A DNA stretch of 64,000 nt from a virus (Duplodnaviria; Caudoviricetes). The translations under genes and the position numbers were made by a program. Where the stretch lies: IMG/VR virus record IMGVR_UViG_3300024322_000001. One strand, given 5' to 3'. This document shows, piece by piece, positions 57,546 to 64,000 of this stretch. Position 1 is the stretch's first letter. Each line of letters opens with the position of its first letter. The notes under the pieces were generated by a model. It was not told the DNA's origin, made no database searches, and worked only from the letters and a program-made list of their open reading frames with translations.

Positions 57546-57618
57546 GTGATTGTTTTTAGTTAGACAAAGTGTAACTGTCCGACTTGTTTGAAAAGGAATT
57601 CCATGTATATAAATAGGC

Positions 57619-57650
57619 AAAAAAAAAAGAAGCCCTTAGGCTCCTTCTTC
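57619..57650 (-). terminator. intrinsic terminator
   Basis: AGCC/GGCT stem with flanking pairs and long T-run on the minus strand. Confidence 0.7.
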
Positions 57651-57693
57651 TTAATGTTATTCGTAGATTTCTTTTTGAAGTCCTGAATAAATT

Positions 57694-57918
57694 CTATTCC
57701 TCCAAGTTCTTAATTTCTTTTGGTAAGAATTCTGAGTTAACATGTCCGCATTTTTTGCAGGAAAAGATTGGGATTGGGATGTAGGTTGTTTGTCCTGTTC
57801 CTGTGAGCAATCCTGATGCTTTCCGCAAGTGCACTCCTTCTTCAAAGAATGTATGTCCGCATTCTTCACATAAAACAGCTTTTGTTTGATCCAGTGATAC
57901 ATTCGGTCTTGGCTGCAT
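57694..57918 (-). CDS. zinc-ribbon protein
   Basis: CEECG..FF...SGLLTG...PIP.F.C.KCG. Confidence 0.8.
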   Translation of the reverse strand: MQPRPNVSLDQTKAVLCEECGHTFFEEGVHLRKASGLLTGTGQTTYIPIPIFSCKKCGHVNSEFLPKEIKNLEE

Positions 57919-58322
57919 TATTTAGATTGATGAATTAGGTATACCTTATTAATAATGTTACTTTTAGTTAAACTTGAATCTAACTTAGTACCAAGATCAT
58001 TTTCGGCGTGATCTAAGAGTTGCTTCTTAGTCATTGCTCTTAGCTTAGATTTAGTTACTTTACCTTTCAAGGCATCGGCAACATCTTTTGCTTCATTAAC
58101 AACATCTTTTAACTCTGCTTTAACTGCTTTTGCTCGTTTTTTAACTTTTTTTGCAGTTTCTTTAACATCTTCAGCGAATTCTTTAACATCTTCAACAGCG
58201 TCTTCTACTGCATCAGGTACGTAATCTCCATCTGAATCTTTGATTTTACCTTTTTTAATTAGGTAAATAATAACACCAACGGCTACTGCTGCGAGTGCTA
58301 AAATAACTAGGATTGTTTTCAT
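57918..58322 (-). CDS. TM-anchored helical protein with C-terminal Rho-N/HeH-like domain
   Basis: TM, D.DGD.VPD, LRAMTKKQL...LTK..II. Confidence 0.65.
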   Translation of the reverse strand: MKTILVILALAAVAVGVIIYLIKKGKIKDSDGDYVPDAVEDAVEDVKEFAEDVKETAKKVKKRAKAVKAELKDVVNEAKDVADALKGKVTKSKLRAMTKKQLLDHAENDLGTKLDSSLTKSNIINKVYLIHQSK

Positions 58323-58382
58323 AAACTAATTTTAATTAATAATTGTAATTGTAATTGATATATATCTATATATATAAATAGG

Positions 58383-58907
58383 TCAAAATTTAGGAACACG
58401 CTTAGGTTTAATAGCCCATTTTCCATATTTTTCTTCCATTTCAAAATAAAAGTCTAAAATAGTACCTTTAGTCTTTTCAACTTCAGTATCATACTCTTCT
58501 CGACTCATCTTAAACTCTTTAAGAAACTCATTTCTTAAGTCGTCTAATTTTCTAAATTCTTCTTTTTCGTGGTCTTCAACTAATCTTTTCTTTCTAGCTC
58601 TATCTATAGAGGAATTAGTATGATACAGGCTATGATCTACTTCGCCACGAGGAGTAGTTGCTGCTTGCCATTTTTCGTTCATAGTATGGTAGCATAATTC
58701 AACTTCAAGTAAATAAGGTCCCTGATCAAAGTCTCCATTAGCAATTCTATCTCTTAATGGATGTCTAGTTGTAAGAGGTTTATTCTTAGGAGTATAACTT
58801 CTCCACCACATAAATCTATCGTACGGTTTTTTGAAGTACCTATCGCTAAGTTTCTTCTCTATCCACTTTTTAGACCATCTAGGTTTGAACGGTAAACTTT
58901 CTGTCAT
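58383..58907 (-). CDS. hypothetical protein
   Basis: 174 aa; early promoter immediately upstream. Confidence 0.75.
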   Translation of the reverse strand: MTESLPFKPRWSKKWIEKKLSDRYFKKPYDRFMWWRSYTPKNKPLTTRHPLRDRIANGDFDQGPYLLEVELCYHTMNEKWQAATTPRGEVDHSLYHTNSSIDRARKKRLVEDHEKEEFRKLDDLRNEFLKEFKMSREEYDTEVEKTKGTILDFYFEMEEKYGKWAIKPKRVPKF

Positions 58908-58934
58908 AATATTAATATAAGAACTTTATTGCAA

Positions 58935-59114
58935 TTAACCAAACATTATCTTATTAAAAGCAAATTTAATTACTTCTTCATCATACTCTGTAAGTAATCT
59001 GTAAGCTTGTTGTTTTTGCTCTTCTGATAATTTATTTGATTTTCTAACCGGCTCGTTTTGATCAATCAATCCGTCTTCTACCATTTCATGGTATTTTGTA
59101 ATAGAATCACTCAT
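58935..59114 (-). CDS. small hypothetical protein (59 aa, not in ORF track)
   Basis: MSDSITKYHEMVEDG...; AAAAGTT-ATG leader. Confidence 0.65.
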   Translation of the reverse strand: MSDSITKYHEMVEDGLIDQNEPVRKSNKLSEEQKQQAYRLLTEYDEEVIKFAFNKIMFG

Positions 59115-59253
59115 AACTTTTATTTTTGTGTTTGATTTTTCTTCGGTACTTCTTCTTGTTTCGGACCGGAGTCGGAATCTTTAACGCTTCCAGCCACTCC
59201 TGGTATGTCAGTACTACCTCCTCCAATTTTTTCTTTTTCATTCCACTCTTCAT
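59107..59253 (-). CDS. small basic protein with NKKKYRRK.KH tail (48 aa, not in ORF track)
   Basis: ATG just downstream of early promoter 59271-59305; overlaps the next start. Confidence 0.65.
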   Translation of the reverse strand: MKSGMKKKKLEEVVLTYQEWLEALKIPTPVRNKKKYRRKIKHKNKSYE

Positions 59254-59338
59254 TAAAGTACTTAAACATATATCTAAATATAAGAAAAATTAATTTAAAA
59301 AGCAAATATTTATTAGTATATTCTCAAATATTCTCTCC

Positions 59339-59695
59339 ATGGTACGTACACTTATTCTACTTGTTCTTTTAACTACTATCCCTGCTAGTGCACAACTTTT
59401 GACAGAACCGGATAAAAAAATGCACTTCGCCGCAGGCGCATTCACATCTGCACTTGGATATGCTGTTGCATATGAATTTACTAAAGACAAAGACAAAGCT
59501 GTTTTATATGGTATTGGTACTGCCGTTTTAATAGGTACTTTAAAAGAAATGAGTGATAGTACTCAATCCGGTAATTACTTTGACGGTAGAGATCTCCTTG
59601 CAACTACGTATGGAGGAATATCGGTAGGTATTACCATTGATTTAATCCGGCAACGTAAGCAAACAAAATTTACCGTACTAGGTATTAAATTTTAA
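59339..59695 (+). CDS. YfiM/DUF2279-like exported membrane protein
   Basis: signal peptide ending SA-Q, DK..HF.AG, G..KE..D, D..DLLAT..G; late motif on + strand. Confidence 0.8.
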   Translation: MVRTLILLVLLTTIPASAQLLTEPDKKMHFAAGAFTSALGYAVAYEFTKDKDKAVLYGIGTAVLIGTLKEMSDSTQSGNYFDGRDLLATTYGGISVGITIDLIRQRKQTKFTVLGIKF

Positions 59696-59764
59696 TCTTA
59701 AACTTCGCTTTCCGGAAGGATCCCCTATACACACTATTTCTCACTTTTGCAACTATTTGCCAAT

Positions 59765-59789
59765 AAAAACCCCTCCGTTTCCGGAAGGG
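59765..59789 (-). terminator. probable terminator between convergent units
   Basis: CCCTCCG/CGGAAGGG imperfect stem with adjacent A5. Confidence 0.55.
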
Positions 59790-59835
59790 CTTCGGTCTAG
59801 AGCGGTTAACTCTAGAGAGGTACTTAGTAGAATTC

Positions 59836-59879
59836 GCGCGTGGCGACTTCGTCGGTTAGAGAGAAATGCCCCCTACCCT
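59836..59879. repeat. dispersed GC-rich repeat, copy 2
   Basis: see copy 1; abuts and overlaps the stop codon of the Hc1-like gene. Confidence 0.9.
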
Positions 59880-60178
59880 TTTACTGCATCCATATTCGCT
59901 TTTTTGTAAGGAGTAATTAATTTCTTAATCTCACCTGCTGCTTTTCTAGCTCTTGCTTGAGAAGCTTTAGTCGTTCCTTCGTTATTCTCACTTAAGATAC
60001 TAAACTGCTCTGCGATTTGTTCAAATAATTCTTGTTTTGCACTCATAATAATTCTATTTTTGTTTAATTTAATTTTAGGGTATCTGAATTCGGTCCTTAT
60101 AAGTCTATTTCCCTTATATGTCCATTTATCATAAAGACCGTACTCGTTTAAAAATTCTCTTACTTTAATTTCTGACAT
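59873..60178 (-). CDS. histone H1-like (Hc1) protein; the domain starts at internal Met 60046
   Basis: ELFEQI...F......GTTKASQARARKA..EIKKL...YKK. Confidence 0.7.
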   Translation of the reverse strand: MSEIKVREFLNEYGLYDKWTYKGNRLIRTEFRYPKIKLNKNRIIMSAKQELFEQIAEQFSILSENNEGTTKASQARARKAAGEIKKLITPYKKANMDAVKG

Positions 60179-61815
60179 TACATTCCCATCATTGACATTG
60201 GATCTACTCCTCCTTCGGGTTTGTCTTCTTTTATATTAGAAACTACTGCTTCTGTAAGCAGCATTGTACCAGATACTGATGCTGCATTTTCTAATGCTAA
60301 CCTAGTAACTTTGGTTGGATCAATAATTCCTTCGTTAAACATATTAACTATGCTTTCAGTTCTAGGATTATAACCGGACCAGTATTCCCCAGTTTCTTTA
60401 ATTGACTGTTCTAAGGTACCTATAAACTCTTGGTCAAATCCAGCGTTTTCTAATATTTTATAAAACGGTCTTTCAATAGCACTAATAACTATATCGTAAC
60501 CTGTTTGTAGTTCTTGATCTATATTACCGATCTTAGAAGCTAAAGCTAAAGCTGCATTTAATAATGCTATTCCTCCTCCAGGAAGAATTCCTTCTTCTAA
60601 CGCTGCTTTTGTAGCATGAAGAGCATCATCAACTCTATCTTTCTTTTCTTTCATTTCTACTTCAGTAAATCCTCCTACATGTACCATCGCTACTCCTCCT
60701 AGGAATTTAGCTAATCGGTCTTGTAAAGTTTCTTTTTCATAAGGTGAAGTAGTTTCTTCTATTAAGTTTTTAATATCGTCTACTCTATTATTGATAGCTT
60801 CTTCATCTCCTGCAGCATCTATAATAGTAGTTGTATCTTTGGTAACTGTTACTTTTGCAGCTTTACCTAACCATTCGATATTAAACTTATCTAATCTCAT
60901 TCCTTTTTCTTGAGAAACAACTTGACCTCCTGTAAGTGTAGCAATATCGTCTAACATTGCTTTTTTTCTATCACCAAAGTCTGGTGCTTTCACACATGCA
61001 ACAGGAAGAATACCTCTCATCTTATTAACTACCATAGTAGACAACGCCTCTCCGTCGATATCATCAGCAATAACTAATAGTGACTTGCCTGCAGAAGAAA
61101 CTGCTTCTAATATAGGAAGTAGCTCTTTAACTGTGTTTAATCTTTTATCCGTAATTAAAATAAACGGATTTTGAAGAACAGCTGTCATTGTGGCGTTATC
61201 AGTAACGAAGTATGGAGACTTATAACCTCTGCTGAATTGCATACCTTCAACAGTTTCCAAATATGTTTCTCCAGTTTTAGATTCTTCGACTGTAACAACA
61301 CCATCTGTCCCAACTTTATCCATGGCAGTAGAAATCAACTCACCAATTTCCGTATCGTTATTAGCTGAAATCGTTGCGACTTGTGTAAGCTGTTCTTCAT
61401 CCGTTATATCTTTACTTTTCTCTACTATATAATCAACAGCATCTTTAACTGCTCTATCGATACCTCTTTTAATATCTACTGCATTAGAACCTTTTTTAAT
61501 CCTTTCTAATCCTTCTGATAAAATAGATTGAGCTAATAGTGTAGATGTGGTAGTACCATCCCCTGCTTGTTCGGCAGTTTTAATAGCTGCTTGTTTAACA
61601 ATTTGAGCTCCAATATTTTCTACTCTATCTTCTAACTCAATTGATTTTGCTACTGTTACACCATCTTTAGTCGAAACAGGATTTCCCATTGACTGTTCAA
61701 TTATAACATTTCTTCCTGATGGTCCTAAAGTTGCAGTTACAGCATCTGCTAATTTACTTACTCCTAATGCTAGTTCATTCCTAGCTTCTTTTGAAAATAC
61801 AATTTTTTTACTCAT
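60178..61815 (-). CDS. groEL: chaperonin GroEL
   Basis: [47 protein letters not shown]. Confidence 0.98.
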   Translation of the reverse strand: MSKKIVFSKEARNELALGVSKLADAVTATLGPSGRNVIIEQSMGNPVSTKDGVTVAKSIELEDRVENIGAQIVKQAAIKTAEQAGDGTTTSTLLAQSILSEGLERIKKGSNAVDIKRGIDRAVKDAVDYIVEKSKDITDEEQLTQVATISANNDTEIGELISTAMDKVGTDGVVTVEESKTGETYLETVEGMQFSRGYKSPYFVTDNATMTAVLQNPFILITDKRLNTVKELLPILEAVSSAGKSLLVIADDIDGEALSTMVVNKMRGILPVACVKAPDFGDRKKAMLDDIATLTGGQVVSQEKGMRLDKFNIEWLGKAAKVTVTKDTTTIIDAAGDEEAINNRVDDIKNLIEETTSPYEKETLQDRLAKFLGGVAMVHVGGFTEVEMKEKKDRVDDALHATKAALEEGILPGGGIALLNAALALASKIGNIDQELQTGYDIVISAIERPFYKILENAGFDQEFIGTLEQSIKETGEYWSGYNPRTESIVNMFNEGIIDPTKVTRLALENAASVSGTMLLTEAVVSNIKEDKPEGGVDPMSMMGM

Positions 61816-62116
61816 TCTCTGATTTTTTTACAACTGCTAATACTTCTCTGTCTTGTGCTATATAGTACTCTTCTCCTTCGAAATCTATCCTTAGGGTACC
61901 AATTTTAGGTACAAGTACAATATCTCCTTTTTTATGATGAACGGGAATAAATTGTCCGAACTCAGACATTCTACCTTTACCGGCAGCAATAACTTCTCCC
62001 ATTTCGGGCTTTTCTTTTCCCATATCAGGAATAACTATATTCCCGTATGTTTGTTCTCCTTCATCTATTGGCTTAATCAATAGCCGATCGTTAGATGGTA
62101 ATAAACTTTTTGACAT
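61808..62116 (-). CDS. groES: co-chaperonin GroES
   Basis: P..DR.LI, G.IVIPD..KEKP..GEV.A.G.G. Confidence 0.95.
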   Translation of the reverse strand: MSKSLLPSNDRLLIKPIDEGEQTYGNIVIPDMGKEKPEMGEVIAAGKGRMSEFGQFIPVHHKKGDIVLVPKIGTLRIDFEGEEYYIAQDREVLAVVKKSENE

Positions 62117-62172
62117 ATAAACTTTTTTATTTAGTATTAATTATAATATACGATTAAATAATCGAAAATCCA

Positions 62173-62182
62173 ACCCCAGAGC
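62173..62182. repeat. 10-bp inverted repeat, arm downstream of hsp20
   Basis: ACCCCAGAGC is the reverse complement of 62655-62664. Confidence 0.85.
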
Positions 62183-62190
62183 AGAAAGAT

Positions 62191-62601
62191 TTAGCTAATT
62201 TTTAAAGTTTTTGGCTCTAAACCTTTAGCATAAGGTATAACAATTTGTAATAGTCCATTTTTAAAGTCAGCTGTTGCCTTACTTAAGTTAAACTTACTAT
62301 CAATTTTCCAACCTAAGTTGAATGATCGTTTGGCAATACCCTTATGGATATAGACATCGTCTAATTCAGCTTTTGGTCTTTCGTAATTTACTCTGATTAT
62401 ATTACCCTCGATAAGAATTTCGATATCTTCTTTAGAAATACCAGTGCAGGCAATATCAATGCCTAAACCATTGTCTCTTTCGTAAATATCTAAAGGGTGG
62501 GGTAATTTGGATTCTGCAAGAGGCTTATATGCTCCTGCTTCTTGGAAAAAATTCCTTACTAAAATGTCGAACGGATTTCGTTCTAAAAATAATGTACTCA
62601 T
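62191..62601 (-). CDS. small heat-shock protein (Hsp20)
   Basis: P.DIYE, G..KEDI.I, YIHKGIA.RSF, A.FKNGLL.I.IP. Confidence 0.95.
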   Translation of the reverse strand: MSTLFLERNPFDILVRNFFQEAGAYKPLAESKLPHPLDIYERDNGLGIDIACTGISKEDIEILIEGNIIRVNYERPKAELDDVYIHKGIAKRSFNLGWKIDSKFNLSKATADFKNGLLQIVIPYAKGLEPKTLKIS

Positions 62602-62654
62602 ATCATTTGAATTTATGATGCCCTAAGGTCATCGGTTATTAAAAAATTAAAAAC

Positions 62655-62664
62655 GCTCTGGGGT
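62655..62664. repeat. 10-bp inverted repeat, arm upstream of hsp20
   Basis: GCTCTGGGGT. Confidence 0.85.
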
Positions 62665-62699
62665 CGTTTTTCTTTATTATAAATATGTTAAAAATAACT

Positions 62700-63086
62700 T
62701 TACTGGTACTCATCGTAAGATTTCTCTTCTACTAATTCTGAACCTGTTATTGTATTAATAATTTTTTTGACTTCACTTCTTCTATCGTTAGTAACATAAA
62801 CTGATCTAGCTAACTGTATAAACTCGTTACCGAAGTCTTTACGTTTTTCACAATCCCTTATCCAATCTTCTATATCCCAAAGTTGCCCATTTATGTTAGA
62901 AAGTTCTAAATAGTGGTTTTGGAGATCACCTTCATAATTTTCGAATAACTCTTTAGCTAGTGGATTAAGTGTATCGAACTCTTTTTGTACATTAGCTAAT
63001 TTTTCTTTATCTTCAATTTTATTTAACTTAATTTCTAATATAGAAAGTTTATCTAGTAACTCTCCGTTTGATACTTCTACTTGCAT
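62700..63086 (-). CDS. DUF6165-like protein
   Basis: VS.GELLDKLSILEIK, N..LWDIED.IR, FI.LARSVY..ND.R, S.LVEEKSY. Confidence 0.85.
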   Translation of the reverse strand: MQVEVSNGELLDKLSILEIKLNKIEDKEKLANVQKEFDTLNPLAKELFENYEGDLQNHYLELSNINGQLWDIEDWIRDCEKRKDFGNEFIQLARSVYVTNDRRSEVKKIINTITGSELVEEKSYDEYQ

Positions 63087-63502
63087 AGTGACTCAGTTAT
63101 TAATTGTTTATACTTAGATGATGACCAGTCGTGGTTTCTTTCTATCCAATGTACTGGAATACCTAATTCCTTACCTGTGTATTCCCTCCCTGTGTAATCG
63201 TCTCCTAAAAATCTAACGTCTGGGTCTATACTTTTTAAAAGGAAGTGTAATTCTTCTTCTGTTGTATACGTTAATATAGTAGGAAAAGAATAATAAAACA
63301 TTTGACTTAAAATTTCTCTCCTTTCCTGTACTGAAAGAACAGGTTTATACTTTTCCGGACGTTCAATGGTTGGATCTTCATGCAGTAAAATAAATAAATC
63401 CGAACAATTTTTACTTATTTCTTTAAACATCCTGACATACCCAGGGTGAATTACATCAAAACACCCTGCTATTACTCCTATTTTAAAATCGTTTTCTTCC
63501 AT
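63077..63502 (-). CDS. cytidylyltransferase-family nucleotidyltransferase (TagD/RfaE-II-like)
   Basis: G.FDVIHPGY (HxGH variant), P..S..ER, G.DY, R...SSS. Confidence 0.85.
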   Translation of the reverse strand: MEENDFKIGVIAGCFDVIHPGYVRMFKEISKNCSDLFILLHEDPTIERPEKYKPVLSVQERREILSQMFYYSFPTILTYTTEEELHFLLKSIDPDVRFLGDDYTGREYTGKELGIPVHWIERNHDWSSSKYKQLITESLCK

Positions 63503-63503
63503 A

Positions 63504-64000
63504 TTAATGTCCTTCTTTCCAGTTGTCTGCTATTTCAGGAGGAGCTTTAAGAGTTACTCCAGGTAACTTAGTAGTATTCTCCATTATTTCCTGTACTACA
63601 GGTGCAAATATTGCTGCTTGATCTTCTTTAACGTTTATAATTAATTGATCATGTACCTGTGCCTGCACACAAGCATCAATACCCATCTCCTTAGCTTTTC
63701 GATTTATTACTAAAGCTGCTCTATTCACTACAGCTGCTGCTAAAGACTGTAATTGAAAATTAAGACAGTTATTTAACCCATTACGGTAATCTCTATAAGC
63801 TTGAGTAACCTGGTCTCTAGGTGATATCGTTTTTACTATTTCACCGTTCTTCTTTACGTATTTAGGAGATAGCTGAGTCTCGAGCTGCTTTCTAAATCTC
63901 CAATCCATCATTCTGTCTCCTACTTTTTCAAAGAGATTTTTAACTTTAGGTAAATGCCTTACTCTACCTACGTAGTTTTTTATGTAACCGTAATCTTTTA
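63504..64000 (-). CDS. family A DNA polymerase, C-terminal part (5' end outside the window)
   Basis: GRVRHLP in frame upstream of the track ORF, N...Q.LAA, motif C QVHDQL. Confidence 0.9.
   Translation of the reverse strand, partial: KDYGYIKNYVGRVRHLPKVKNLFEKVGDRMMDWRFRKQLETQLSPKYVKKNGEIVKTISPRDQVTQAYRDYRNGLNNCLNFQLQSLAAAVVNRAALVINRKAKEMGIDACVQAQVHDQLIINVKEDQAAIFAPVVQEIMENTTKLPGVTLKAPPEIADNWKEGH

Noticed and set aside
57657-57902. Alternative-frame ORFs 57657-57902 and 49557-49775
   Set aside because: They lie almost wholly within motif-bearing genes in another frame
59120-59496. Track ORFs 59120-59305 and 59290-59496
   Set aside because: The first starts inside the promoter and a better-placed frame exists (59107-59253); the second is antisense to the YfiM-like gene
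833-61368. Most + strand ORFs in the track (e.g. 833, 8593, 14404, 26700, 51439, 61171)
   Set aside because: They are antisense shadows of well-supported minus-strand genes, with no motifs or promoters; only 14911, 15077 and 59339 are accepted on +
33935-63502. Bacterial chromosome, prophage flank or chimera (capsule locus, groEL, T9SS gene)
   Set aside because: The same phage promoter motifs, strand bias and interspersed phage-type genes run through these regions; no integrase, att site or host operon context seen
1-64000. Stop-codon reassignment
   Set aside because: Long genes are intact in code 11, and TAA, TAG and TGA all end genes at sensible boundaries; no suppressor tRNA seen

Overview
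The window is a segment of a large, AT-rich myovirus-type phage genome. Its host is probably a marine Bacteroidota (Flavobacteriales-like) bacterium. Host evidence: a type IX secretion (T9SS) C-terminal sorting domain, Bacteroidota-like -33/-7 promoters and an Hc1-like protein. Almost all genes are on the minus strand and read well in the standard code. Layout: 1-10.5 kb T4-like baseplate module (gp6-, gp25-like); 10.5-13.8 kb sigma-like factor, HD hydrolase and an AT-only tract; 13.8-33.9 kb early/accessory region built from promoter-headed cassettes (mgsA, RadA-like ATPase, DUF932, esterase, flavodoxin-like, two tRNAs around an HNH gene); 33.9-47.1 kb glycosylation cluster with a NeuB/NeuA/phosphatase nonulosonate pathway; 47.3-51.8 kb PD-(D/E)XK nuclease, Nmad1 and lysis genes; 51.8-57.2 kb a late four-gene envelope operon (T9SS-tagged Cys-repeat protein, beta-barrel, membrane coiled-coil, CxxC-less thioredoxin); 59.9-62.6 kb Hc1-like, groEL, groES, hsp20; then a cytidylyltransferase and the 3' end of a family A DNA polymerase. 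Best candidates for undescribed biology: the T9SS-cargo operon, the nonulosonate pathway, a 10-bp inverted repeat bracketing hsp20, a GC-rich GAA-triloop element repeated 43 kb apart, a conserved AAAGGTT-ATG leader motif, and a promoter-in-hairpin switch on the HNH gene. All family calls come from motif recognition by eye; no searches were run.
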